A stretch of 64,000 bases of DNA from an uncultured Candidatus Saccharibacteria bacterium (GTDB lineage Bacteria > Patescibacteriota > Minisyncoccia > HO2-45-28). Below are positions 39,137 to 48,042 of the stretch, piece by piece (position 1 is the stretch's first letter; every line of letters starts with the position of its first letter). The DNA is taken from assembly GCA_964412115.1 (NCBI GenBank), contig CAYPMM010000001.1, forward strand, positions 764 through 64,763, written 5' to 3'. Below the pieces are notes generated by a model. That model made no database searches. It had not been told where the DNA came from and worked only from the letters and a program-made list of their open reading frames with translations. The position numbers were made by a program, and so were the translations under genes.

Positions 39137-40417
39137 GTAGCCGATGGCCGACAAAACACCCAGAACCAGCGCCGACAAAAACCAAAATGTTGATGAGCCC
39201 GTAAACGATGACGCGCCCACGGCGGCGGTTTGAGTGTTGTTTGCCGAAAACTCGATTTCATCAACCGCGGCTTGAGCCTCTGACGGACCTTCCTGGGGTT
39301 TAACCTCAGGGCGCGCAAAACTCACCCTTGCCGTAAACCTTCCGTTTCCGGGACTTTCGACACCAATTTTTGTCACGCCGTCAGCGTCGTGGAAACTTTC
39401 GTCCGGCCTTAATGCTCCAGAATACGCCAGCTCGCCAGCAACGTCGCCTCTGGGATATAAAAGATAAGAAGATCCGGACGAAAAAAATTCAATTCCAGAA
39501 ATTTCCTCCGGAATAATCAAATATGTCTCTGCATCTATTAAGGTGTTTTTCGGAAAATAAAACGCTTCGTTTCCGTTGGAAAGCGCCCAGTACGAAATGT
39601 CAATTTTAAAATCCGTGGTATTTGCGATCTCAACCCATCCGCCCTTACCCGGTTTTACTTCGGAAATTTTTACTCCGTTTGAAATAACATTTACGGCTAC
39701 GGAAGCGCTCACCGAAATGCCGGAAATAGCCGAGTTGAAATAAACAATATACTTGCCCGGATAATTATACGAGTGGCTCGCAAGCCTTCCTCGAGCCGTC
39801 GTTCCGTCGCCGAATGTCCACAAAAAATCAGCGCTTTCAATCGGTTTGTTTTCCAAACCAAAAAGAACCCCTTCAAAATTTATTTGCGCGCCTGTTATGG
39901 CGACTCTGTCTCCTCCGATTATTTTCGCGCTAAATTCGTTTTTTGAAATACTTGCCGCTGGCGCGACTGGCCCTAAATCTTCCGACGAAGACTGGCTCTG
40001 GCCTTCTTGCTGACTTTCCTCTTCTTGCTCGCCAACAACAATTTGTTGCGCAACCTGCCAAGATTGCCCCGACTCTCTTCCAACCGCCCTTACGGTCAAA
40101 GTATAAATGCCGGCAGTTGAATCACGATAATAAAAAGTGCGATTGGCCGTATTTTTACTCATTACCGTGCTTGCCGGATTTCCTGATGAATTCAAAAATT
40201 CACCGGTTGACGAAGTTGAAGAAAATTCCAAGTCAATTGTTTCGGTTGTGTTTGTTTTCTCTCCGCTTGCGTTCTGAGACTGGATTGTTAAAGACCCCGA
40301 AATCTCATTCGGCAAAATAGTCTGCTGTTCGGTCGTGAAAACAAATTTGGCAGTAGGGTCTGCGGCAAAAATAATTGCCGGTAAAATAAAAGCTAAAATA
40401 AAAACCACGAGCTTCAT
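39107..40417 (-). CDS. Secreted, membrane-anchored protein with PKD and lamin-tail-like domains
   Basis: Signal peptide; WTFGDG...HSYNYPGKY (PKD); ISEV...WVEIAN...IDISYW (LTD); C-terminal TM anchor. Confidence 0.75.
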   Translation of the reverse strand: MKLVVFILAFILPAIIFAADPTAKFVFTTEQQTILPNEISGSLTIQSQNASGEKTNTTETIDLEFSSTSSTGEFLNSSGNPASTVMSKNTANRTFYYRDSTAGIYTLTVRAVGRESGQSWQVAQQIVVGEQEEESQQEGQSQSSSEDLGPVAPAASISKNEFSAKIIGGDRVAITGAQINFEGVLFGLENKPIESADFLWTFGDGTTARGRLASHSYNYPGKYIVYFNSAISGISVSASVAVNVISNGVKISEVKPGKGGWVEIANTTDFKIDISYWALSNGNEAFYFPKNTLIDAETYLIIPEEISGIEFFSSGSSYLLYPRGDVAGELAYSGALRPDESFHDADGVTKIGVESPGNGRFTARVSFARPEVKPQEGPSEAQAAVDEIEFSANNTQTAAVGASSFTGSSTFWFLSALVLGVLSAIGYLFVKRKSSL

Positions 40418-40519
40418 ATAAAATTAGAGTAAAACAGACGTTGTAAATTTAAAAGACTTGTAGTTTTGGCTGAATCATGTATAATATATCCAGTTTGTTC
40501 CGCCAAAAAAGGAGAAGGA

Positions 40520-40780
40520 ATGGGCCTCAGGAGAATCTCAAAAGAAGTTGCAAACCGACATCCCAGCAAGACCGCCGATGAAGTTTTTGTAGGAAACCAT
40601 AGTTTTGAAGATTTTAAGCGCTTGCGATGGGCCACGAAAAGAGTGTCAGCCGATATCCCTTACGAAGCAAACGGCCATCCAAGCGACCGCCACGTCTCTC
40701 CAGTGTACGTAAAGAGCTGGGAGATTAAAGAAGACCCGCTCCTTACCCCCGAAGAGAAAAGAGCGTATCTCAACTCCTGA
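40520..40780 (+). CDS. Small hypothetical protein
   Basis: 86-aa ORF with a GGAG/AAGGA RBS and upstream TATAAT; fills the intergenic gap. Confidence 0.55.
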   Translation: MGLRRISKEVANRHPSKTADEVFVGNHSFEDFKRLRWATKRVSADIPYEANGHPSDRHVSPVYVKSWEIKEDPLLTPEEKRAYLNS

Positions 40781-40790
40781 AAACGTCTTC

Positions 40791-42803
40791 CTAGAATTTT
40801 AAGCTCTCGCCCGGTTTTAAAATCTTGCCCTTGCCCGCCTCAATGCTTTTGCTTTGGGCGGGTTTTTTTTCTTCATCTTTTGCCGGTAATTTTTCGTCCG
40901 TTTTCATTGTTTCTTTAAGAGCTTCGCGAAGCTCGTCTAACTGCGATTTTTTATCTTTTTTCATTTCCTGCCACGCCTTGGCTTTTAACTCGTCAAGCGA
41001 CAAGGTTTTTTCGGGCGCCTGCCTTCTCACTACCGGCTCACCTCCTTGCAGAGGAGCCGGACGCGGAACAAATTGCCGCGCTGGCGCCTGACGCGTAGGA
41101 CGTTCGGCGCGCTCAGGCGGACGGGCTGGAAATTCGGAACGAGGCCTGTTTGCGGCGGCAACATTTGTGCTTGCGGGTCTATCTGCGTTTGCGGGTCTGC
41201 CTGCGCCTGAAGGCGCGCTTGGGCGAGGGGTTCTGGAAGTGTTTGAAGAAAACTCAATACCCAAAAGTTCAAGGCCTCCGCCAAACTCTTCCCTATGGCC
41301 TTCGGTTGAGGGAAGCGGTCTCAACGGACGCAGTTCACCGGCCTCAATTTTTTTCAAACAATCAGAGCAGTAAACCGGCCTTCGGCCGTCCGGCTTGAAC
41401 GGCAGAGAGGCCGTTTTCTGGCAAATCCAGCAGGGTGTTTCAAATTTTTCTCCTTTTGAAAATGCCGTAGCCGAACCTACCGCTACTTCTATTTCCGACT
41501 CTTGGGCCCCAGGCAAAGAACTGGCCCATTTTTTAATGTCGGCCTCGACATCCAGCGCGGGCCTGGCATATTGTTTACGCGAAACCTCGATTATTTCTTC
41601 CGGCGGCGCCATTTCGGCGGTAATCGCGAGCGGAGGCAGGGTTGCCGCCGAAAAAGGCCGGCTGGCCACGCCATTTACCATCAGCTTCAGATAAATCGCG
41701 TAATTAGGAAGATCCACCAAATCCTGGATTTCAAATTCGGGCGTTACCTCTTTTTCCAAAAACTCGGCATCAGTTGCCCCCACCCGAAAAAAAATCATGG
41801 TACCCACGTTTCCAAAAACCGCATCGCGAACCCTGGTGGAAGTTTCGGTCACAAGCTGTCCCACATACTGGTGGGCAAGAACCAAATTAAGGCGGTATTT
41901 TCTGGCTTCGGAAAGAATGGAAGCAAAAGCTTCGGTGGTAAAATTCTGAAACTCGTCAACATAAAGATAAAAATCCTTGCGCTCCTCCTCCGGAATCCTT
42001 ACCCGCTCCATGGCCGCCAGCTGAACTTTGGTAATGAGCATCGCGCCCAAAAGCGCGGAATTATCTTCGCCTATTCTTCCTTTAGAAATGTTAGCCAGAA
42101 GTATTTTTCCCTGATTCATCAACTCAAAAACTTCAAAGCTTGATTTCGGCTGTCCGACAATGTTGCGGATGAGCGAGGTGGAAAGAAACTGCCCGACTTT
42201 GTTTTGAATCGGCACAATCGCCTCATTCCTGAATCTCGGTTCCCACACTTCGTATTCATTGAGCCAAAAAGCGCGCACAACCGGGTCGGTGACGTTGGCG
42301 ACAATTTTTTGACGATAGTCCCTGTCGGTTAAAATTCTTTGGATGCCGAGAAGCGTGGTGCCCGGAGTTTCAACCAAAGCCAAAATGCAATTTTGCAAAA
42401 TGTATTCCATTCTAGCCGACCATACATTCGCCCAGATTTTGGTGAAAATTCCAATTAAACCTTGCGCCACAAGGTGCTTGTATTTTTTGTCGGGAACTTC
42501 CAAAACATTAAAACCGAGCGGATAATCGGTATCAGCCGGATTGAAGTAGATAACATCTTTGGCCCGTTCTTTCGGAATTTTGGTCAAAAGGTCTTCAACG
42601 GTCTCGCCGTGCGGGTCAACGAAACAAAGCCCGCGCCCGGAGTTGATGTCTTGGATGGCCAAATTTTTAATAAGCACCGATTTTCCGGTGCCGGTTTTTC
42701 CGACAACATACATATGCTGGCGGCGATCGGGAACAGAGATGCCAAAAATTTTATTTTCGCCCCTGAAATTGGTCTTTGCGAAATACGCGGTATCACGAGC
42801 CAT
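40791..42803 (-). CDS. VirD4/TrwB-like (coupling-protein/HerA-FtsK clade) ATPase with a C-terminal CxxC-x17-CxxC zinc ribbon and low-complexity tail
   Basis: Walker A GKTGTGKS, DPHGE, Walker B LYVDEFQ, SEARKY, AHQ; CWIC-QKTASLPFKPDGRRPVY-CSDC. Confidence 0.9.
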   Translation of the reverse strand: MARDTAYFAKTNFRGENKIFGISVPDRRQHMYVVGKTGTGKSVLIKNLAIQDINSGRGLCFVDPHGETVEDLLTKIPKERAKDVIYFNPADTDYPLGFNVLEVPDKKYKHLVAQGLIGIFTKIWANVWSARMEYILQNCILALVETPGTTLLGIQRILTDRDYRQKIVANVTDPVVRAFWLNEYEVWEPRFRNEAIVPIQNKVGQFLSTSLIRNIVGQPKSSFEVFELMNQGKILLANISKGRIGEDNSALLGAMLITKVQLAAMERVRIPEEERKDFYLYVDEFQNFTTEAFASILSEARKYRLNLVLAHQYVGQLVTETSTRVRDAVFGNVGTMIFFRVGATDAEFLEKEVTPEFEIQDLVDLPNYAIYLKLMVNGVASRPFSAATLPPLAITAEMAPPEEIIEVSRKQYARPALDVEADIKKWASSLPGAQESEIEVAVGSATAFSKGEKFETPCWICQKTASLPFKPDGRRPVYCSDCLKKIEAGELRPLRPLPSTEGHREEFGGGLELLGIEFSSNTSRTPRPSAPSGAGRPANADRPASTNVAAANRPRSEFPARPPERAERPTRQAPARQFVPRPAPLQGGEPVVRRQAPEKTLSLDELKAKAWQEMKKDKKSQLDELREALKETMKTDEKLPAKDEEKKPAQSKSIEAGKGKILKPGESLKF

Positions 42804-42843
42804 ACTTTAATTATCTCAAATTTATGTCAATTAATAAAATGTT

Positions 42844-43047
42844 AGACCCCCTTCCGTAGAAGGGGGTCTTGATACGTGGAGCGGCCAGCCGCCTTGGCGA
42901 AACCAACTTGGTTTTTCCCCAAGGGTTTTCGAAAATTCTCGACCGGCCGCCCCGAAACAAAAAGAACAAATGATTGCGGGGGCTATCGCTTGACCTGGCA
43001 TAGCCTCGCCCCTTTTCAATGTCGGTTACGATCCAGGTCCCGACTTA
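42844..43047 (-). ncRNA. Putative ~200-nt structured RNA (family not recognised)
   Basis: Upstream sigma70 promoter; two 5' hairpins with complementary 7-nt loops; a 14-bp stem with G-U pairs; an 11-bp 3' stem capped by C(UACG)G. Confidence 0.6.
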
Positions 43048-43054
43048 TGCTTGT

Positions 43055-43082
43055 ATTGTAGCAAATACACAGGATTTGTCAA
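43055..43082 (-). promoter_or_regulatory. Sigma70-type promoter
   Basis: TTGACA (43082-43077), 16-bp spacer, extended -10 TG-n-TACAAT (43060-43055). Confidence 0.7.
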
Positions 43083-43200
43083 GTCCTTGTAATGGTTCAA
43101 TAGCTTGTAACCACCCAAAAAGCCAAAAAATGGCTTAAAATAAGGAGTTTTGGGTTAATTAAAATTACTAAAATTAAAACAAAATTAAAGTTAAGACAAC

Positions 43201-43240
43201 AAGATAACAAAACATTGCGATAGCAACGTTTTGTTATCTT
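43201..43240. repeat. Palindromic direct repeat, copy 1 (downstream of the PaaX/Cas2-like gene)
   Basis: aagataacaaaacattgc-gata-gcaacgttttgttatctt: 18-bp arms, one mismatch. Confidence 0.85.
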
Positions 43241-43284
43241 TTGTGTTTTTAGCCCTGTCCACTATTTTTGGCTCTATTCACTTT

Positions 43285-43836
43285 TTAAAAAAGTTCAAAC
43301 TTCTCTTTAAGTTCGGCCTCATTGGTAATATATTTTGCCTTTATATAGCGAACGTATCTCGAAACTTCGAAAAATTCAGCCACAAAGTCAATTTCGTCTT
43401 CACATTCGTAAGGAGAAACAAAAACGCTTCTTTGAAACTCCAGCAAACCCAATTCTTTGACTTTTTTACGAAATGCCTCGCGCGCCGGTTTATTTTTTTC
43501 GGGGATATCATAAATCACAATATGCCAATCGCCTTTCCATGCTTTCGGTTTTTTAACTTTCATACTTTCAAATTCATATTGTAAAACTCTCTTTTTTCCA
43601 TCTTCTGTAAGAACAATCGTGGTCGTGTCGTCATCGTTATCCCTGAAATCCACTAACCTGTCTTCATAAAATTCGCGGATTTTGGACCAAAGATAACTTT
43701 TATTAATTTCTTTCCAGTCATGCGCACAGGCTCTTAAAATTTTAAAATATCCGTTTGGCGAAGGCGAAAAGCCGAGCATAATGCCGGTTGTCAGACGAAG
43801 CAAAATTCTTTGTTTTAAAAACGCTGTTTTGTTCAT
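43285..43836 (-). CDS. PaaX-like protein: winged-HTH plus Cas2/VapD-like domain
   Basis: LTEDGK then WKGDWHIVIYDIPEKNKPAREAFRKKVKELGLLEFQRSVFVSPYEC; first ATG at 43836. Confidence 0.85.
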   Translation of the reverse strand: MNKTAFLKQRILLRLTTGIMLGFSPSPNGYFKILRACAHDWKEINKSYLWSKIREFYEDRLVDFRDNDDDTTTIVLTEDGKKRVLQYEFESMKVKKPKAWKGDWHIVIYDIPEKNKPAREAFRKKVKELGLLEFQRSVFVSPYECEDEIDFVAEFFEVSRYVRYIKAKYITNEAELKEKFELF

Positions 43837-43866
43837 AAACCAATCATAAATCAATCATGGTGTAAA

Positions 43867-43904
43867 AAGATAACAAAATCAAGCGATAGCATAATCTTGT
43901 TATC
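43867..43904. repeat. Palindromic direct repeat, copy 2 (upstream of the PaaX/Cas2-like gene)
   Basis: aagataacaaaatcaagcgatagcataatcttgttatc; 30/38 identical to copy 1 in the same orientation. Confidence 0.8.
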
Positions 43905-43985
43905 ATTTTTAAAATATATGTTTTAGGTGTGTTCTAAATGTGTTTTAAATATTTTAAGTGTGTTTTAAAACAAAATATCATGTTT

Positions 43986-45476
43986 TTACACAATAGGCTC
44001 GGGGGGCGAGTCGGAAGGCTCGGCGGCCAGCTCCTTGTTCGCGTCCTCCTCAACACTCGGTGTTGGGATCCCGGAAACACCGAGTGTTTTCCTGGGCGCA
44101 GGAGAAAGTCCCAAAAGCTCGTTTTCTACTTCGATTATTTTTTTCTTTACCTCGTCAACAGGGGCGGCAAAATTTTTACGGCTGAACTCAATTATTTCGT
44201 CCTTAAACGATGCGTGCGCCGGCGGCAGAACTTTCAAAGTTTCGGCAGAAAACGGGTCGGCGGTATCTCCGTCAATCGTCATTTTTATATAAAATTGCTG
44301 CATCCCGAGATTAACCATATCTTTAGCCTTAAACACCGGCGTCATTTCGTTTTCAAGTTTGGCGGCATCATCCCCGCCCACTCTAAATACAACAATCGTC
44401 CCGACATTTCCCAAAACCGATTCTCTGACATGGGGAATCAATTGGCCCATAAACTGGTGGGCCACGGTAAGATTGATGCCGTATTTTCGCGCCTCCGAAA
44501 AAATATTTACGAAAGTGGTCGTAACCAGATTATGAAACTCGTCGACGTAAAGATAAAAGTCCTTTCTTGACTCTTCGGGCATCGCCGCCCTGGCCATTCC
44601 GGCCTGTTTTATTTTGGTGATGAACATGGAGCCGAAAAAACTGGAGTTCTCCTCGCCCATTTTGCCCTTCGAAAGGTTTATCAAAATAATTTTTTTCTCG
44701 TTCATTATATTCTCAAGGTCAATCTTGTTTTCCTGCTGTCCAAAAATATAGCGCAAGTACGGATTGGCCAAAAATTGCCCCAATTTATTTACAAGCGGAA
44801 TTATGGCGTCGGTATCAAACTTTTCAGACCAGTCGGCAAACTCAATCGCCCAGAACCGCTTGACCATTTCGTCTTCAATATATTCAATAACTTTTTGGCG
44901 GTATTTACGGTCGGTAAGCATTGAAATCATCCCGCGCATTGTCGCCATCGGAAAATCAAGAAGGGCGAGCACGGTGAAGCGAAACACATGCTCAAGGCGA
45001 GGCGTCCAGTTCGCGCCGAATTGCTTTTCCATTACCTCAATTAACCCCTGCGCCACCTGATGTTTAAGGTCGGGATTTACGTTTTGCAGAGGATTGAAAG
45101 AAATCGGCCATTCGGTGTCCGACGGGTCAACAATTATTGTATCTTTGACGCGTTCCTCCGGGATGAAGTTCAAAACCTCTTCAATTACGTCTCCGTGCGG
45201 GTCCATCAGGCAAATCCCGTGGCCGAATTGAATGTCCTGGCGAAGCATAAGTTCCAGAAGTTTTGATTTGCCCACGCCGGATTTCCCGACGATATACATA
45301 TGCCGCCTGCGATCGCGGCGTTTTATGCCGAAAATAAATTTTTTTTCTTCAAGCCCGGCGACATAGTTAGTACGCCCGAAAAAAACGACTTCTTTCGGGT
45401 CAAATTGCTTATATATCGGGAGTTCCGGAGGAGGCGGCGCGTATTTTATTATTTGTATCTTTCCTTCTCGCGCCAT
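43986..45476 (-). CDS. VirD4/TrwB-like ATPase, second paralogue
   Basis: Walker A GKSGVGKS, DPHGD, Walker B LYVDEFH, SEARKY, AHQ. Confidence 0.9.
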   Translation of the reverse strand: MAREGKIQIIKYAPPPPELPIYKQFDPKEVVFFGRTNYVAGLEEKKFIFGIKRRDRRRHMYIVGKSGVGKSKLLELMLRQDIQFGHGICLMDPHGDVIEEVLNFIPEERVKDTIIVDPSDTEWPISFNPLQNVNPDLKHQVAQGLIEVMEKQFGANWTPRLEHVFRFTVLALLDFPMATMRGMISMLTDRKYRQKVIEYIEDEMVKRFWAIEFADWSEKFDTDAIIPLVNKLGQFLANPYLRYIFGQQENKIDLENIMNEKKIILINLSKGKMGEENSSFFGSMFITKIKQAGMARAAMPEESRKDFYLYVDEFHNLVTTTFVNIFSEARKYGINLTVAHQFMGQLIPHVRESVLGNVGTIVVFRVGGDDAAKLENEMTPVFKAKDMVNLGMQQFYIKMTIDGDTADPFSAETLKVLPPAHASFKDEIIEFSRKNFAAPVDEVKKKIIEVENELLGLSPAPRKTLGVSGIPTPSVEEDANKELAAEPSDSPPEPIV

Positions 45477-45477
45477 A

Positions 45478-46014
45478 TTAAATCGCGGATAATTCCTCTA
45501 AAGCTTTTCTATAGGCGCCGAGGCTTTTCATTGTTTCCTCGTGGCTCGGGCGGAAATTCGGCTCATGCGCTATGCTGTTTCTTAGTTTGTGCGCTTCCCA
45601 GATATCGTTTAAGACGGGTAACTCTCCTGGAGCAAGAGACCTAAGCCGTTCGGCCAGATTTTTACCCAAAAAACCGAGCCGGCCCATCGTTTCTTCAAGA
45701 AGAATGTCGGCCTCAATGATAGCCATGGCGTAACCCTGCGGGCCGGAAGTTTTGATTTTATTTACAATCGAGTCCCAGCGGCGTCTTGTTCTTAGTTTTA
45801 CCTCTTCTTCAAAATTAGCCTGTTTTTGAGGCGCTTGGTAAGCCCTGCGTCCTTCAAGAACGTATAATTTTTTCCTTAAGGGAAATGTTTTTATAAAGAC
45901 CCATGCCGAGAGCGCGAGAAGCGTCGGACCCAAAAAAATCAGGATAATTCTGATTCCGGAGTAAAGCCTTACCCAAAAACCCGCGTCAAACAAAAACCAA
46001 TCCGGAAAGTTCAT
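45478..46014 (-). CDS. Membrane-anchored protein with a HEPN-like R-x4-H motif
   Basis: One N-terminal TM helix; AIIEAD...WEAHKLRNSIAHE; start set at ATG 46014 to avoid overlap with the upstream gene. Confidence 0.7.
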   Translation of the reverse strand: MNFPDWFLFDAGFWVRLYSGIRIILIFLGPTLLALSAWVFIKTFPLRKKLYVLEGRRAYQAPQKQANFEEEVKLRTRRRWDSIVNKIKTSGPQGYAMAIIEADILLEETMGRLGFLGKNLAERLRSLAPGELPVLNDIWEAHKLRNSIAHEPNFRPSHEETMKSLGAYRKALEELSAI

Positions 46015-46042
46015 ATATTTATGATAATCAATAACACCGGTT

Positions 46043-47749
46043 TTATCCAACCTCGCGATTATAACATTCCTCGCAGTATAAAATATCCGGCTTTTCGGGC
46101 GAAAACGGGCTTGTAACTTCTTTTTCGCATTTAGCGCATTTACGGTTATAAAATTTAGGCGGATTGGTTTGGGCGAGCCGGTCCAAATGACGGCATTCCT
46201 GGCACTTTCGGGGTAATGGAAAATTCCACTTACGCAAAAGCGCGAGCTCTCCTGAAACAATTCTGAATCCCTTACCGCAAGCAGCACATCCGATAATTTC
46301 TTTGAGAATGTCGTCAGAAACGTCTTTAATGTCGTCCGGCAAGTCTTCGGATTTTTTTGTTATTTTATATTTTTGCGGTTCGTCGTCTTTCCACCGCCAG
46401 CCGGAGGCCAAAACTTCGTTTTTGGTTTTCGGAAAATAATACATCGCCCACGATTCGTTGTAATCAAAAAAACTCAAATTATACGGCAAAAACTCGCCGT
46501 ATTTCCAAACCTTTCCTTTTGAGTCCGTATAAGGATTTTTGTTCATGTCTTCAATAATCCGCGCGCGCAATTTCAAGTAATCCTCTTTTGAATACTGCTT
46601 ATTTAAAATACAATAAGATTTTTTAAAAAGGCCGACGCATCCGAAAATGTGCTGGCAAAAACCGGTCATCATTGAATAATCAATATCCAAGGTGCCCGAC
46701 AAAACACAGCCGAAACTAAATCTGACCGAATCCGCGCCTTCGCCCACGGTTATACATTCATAAATCCGCTGAGCATTGTTGCCCCATTCGGTATAGTCAT
46801 AGCAATCTTTTGTGGGACCCATTGAAATGAATTGTGCGAATCGGCAGTCCTCCGCCCCGGAAACTATATAGCTGTCTTTTACATTTTTAGACCAATAAAT
46901 ATAATCGCCCGAAGAATTTACGGCGTTTTGGCTGTGCATAAATTTTTTGGGGTAACGAAGCCAAAATTCTTTGGTTTTTTGTTTCAGTTTCTCAATTTCG
47001 CCGTATGAAGAAAGTTTGAATTTTGATAGTTCTTTTTGATAATCTTCTTTTGAATATGATTCGTTAAAAATATGATATTTCTTGCGCCTTAGACCGACAC
47101 AGCCGAAACAATCCGAGCATCCGGCCAAATCGCGAGAAAAATAAACATTAAAACAGTCTTCGCAGTCATCAGAAAAATGAACATTTGAATTTCTGGATGA
47201 ATTTATGTTTTCATAACAAAGCTGAATTTCTTCGGCAGAATAACAATCCATGGAATCTTTTGAATAATTTATAGTGTTGGAGTAGTAGCAATTTTCGTCA
47301 AAGTCGGCATCAAAAATCATATAGCAATTTTTTAGGTTTCCGGCGTGATTTACATATTCGCTGTTCACAAGCGTTGAGTGGTTGTTAAAAAGACCCGGGT
47401 AAGGTACTTTAAGCGATAATTCTTTTAATTGTTCAAAAAAACTGCGATTCGGGTCATAGTCCTGCCCGAATTCCATTCCGTCCCACTTGTCCGACCACCA
47501 GCACTTGGTGCAATAAACCTTAAACGGCTTGTCGGGAGAAATGTTGGAGAGTATGTCCTTGGCGCATAAACCGCATTTTCTTTTGTAAAGTTTCCGCGCG
47601 TTTCTGAACATCATTCTCCTTTGCATCCTGCACTCCGGGCAAAAAGTCGGCGCGGGGACTTTTATGCGCGCGTAAAATTCAAAATCCGCGGGTTCAATCG
47701 TGAACTCGGCTTTGCAATTCTGACAGGTTTTTGTTTCGGATTTATTCAT
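46043..47749 (-). CDS. Cys-rich multi-zinc-ribbon repeat protein, paralogue B
   Basis: Same architecture as 33374..35080; ATGA overlap with the upstream toxin gene. Confidence 0.85.
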   Translation of the reverse strand: MNKSETKTCQNCKAEFTIEPADFEFYARIKVPAPTFCPECRMQRRMMFRNARKLYKRKCGLCAKDILSNISPDKPFKVYCTKCWWSDKWDGMEFGQDYDPNRSFFEQLKELSLKVPYPGLFNNHSTLVNSEYVNHAGNLKNCYMIFDADFDENCYYSNTINYSKDSMDCYSAEEIQLCYENINSSRNSNVHFSDDCEDCFNVYFSRDLAGCSDCFGCVGLRRKKYHIFNESYSKEDYQKELSKFKLSSYGEIEKLKQKTKEFWLRYPKKFMHSQNAVNSSGDYIYWSKNVKDSYIVSGAEDCRFAQFISMGPTKDCYDYTEWGNNAQRIYECITVGEGADSVRFSFGCVLSGTLDIDYSMMTGFCQHIFGCVGLFKKSYCILNKQYSKEDYLKLRARIIEDMNKNPYTDSKGKVWKYGEFLPYNLSFFDYNESWAMYYFPKTKNEVLASGWRWKDDEPQKYKITKKSEDLPDDIKDVSDDILKEIIGCAACGKGFRIVSGELALLRKWNFPLPRKCQECRHLDRLAQTNPPKFYNRKCAKCEKEVTSPFSPEKPDILYCEECYNREVG

Positions 47750-48042
47750 TTTTGTTTTCGCAATAATCGCTTATAGATATTATCGCGCGCGTCAGCAATA
47801 AGCAATTTAATGGTGTGATTGGCAACAAATTTAAAGCCGACTCGATAATCACGGGTGATACGAAAAGAAAGCACGCCATGAAGCGGAGCCCCAAGACGTT
47901 TGGTATGCAATCTAGAATCAAAAGGATTTTTTCGAAGAATTTCTATAAGAGCCCCTAATTTATCTTGAACCTTACTTGGCAGATTATAGACATCTTTTTT
48001 GAAATCCGCCTCATAAATTATCTCATTTGACGGAACGGACAT
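47746..48042 (-). CDS. RelE/ParE-superfamily toxin
   Basis: IIYEADFKKD...LP...NPFDSRLHTKRL...SFRITRDYRV; start uncertain (in-frame ATG at 48042). Confidence 0.75.
   Translation of the reverse strand: MSVPSNEIIYEADFKKDVYNLPSKVQDKLGALIEILRKNPFDSRLHTKRLGAPLHGVLSFRITRDYRVGFKFVANHTIKLLIADARDNIYKRLLRKQK

Noticed and set aside
42844-43047. Assignment of the RNA candidate to SRP RNA, 6S, tmRNA, RNase P or a tRNA
   Set aside because: I could not find the SRP helix-8 motif, RNase P GAGGAAAGUCC, tRNA-like ends or a clear 6S rod; left unassigned pending an Rfam search
42831-43061. Short ORFs 42831..43019 (-) and 42876..43061 (+)
   Set aside because: No protein features or RBS; better explained as by-products of a GC-rich structured RNA
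43201-43904. CRISPR-Cas locus suggested by a Cas2-like domain and ~38-bp palindromic repeats
   Set aside because: Only two repeats, about 630 bp apart around a gene; no spacer-length intervals and no cas1 or effector genes in the window
40791-45476. Conjugative element / ICE
   Set aside because: No relaxase, VirB4, mating-pair genes, integrase or att sites recognised
46015-46287. N-terminal extension of the HEPN-like ORF given in the ORF track
   Set aside because: It overlaps the 3' end of paralogue B in another frame; ATG 46014 gives a non-overlapping gene starting near its TM helix
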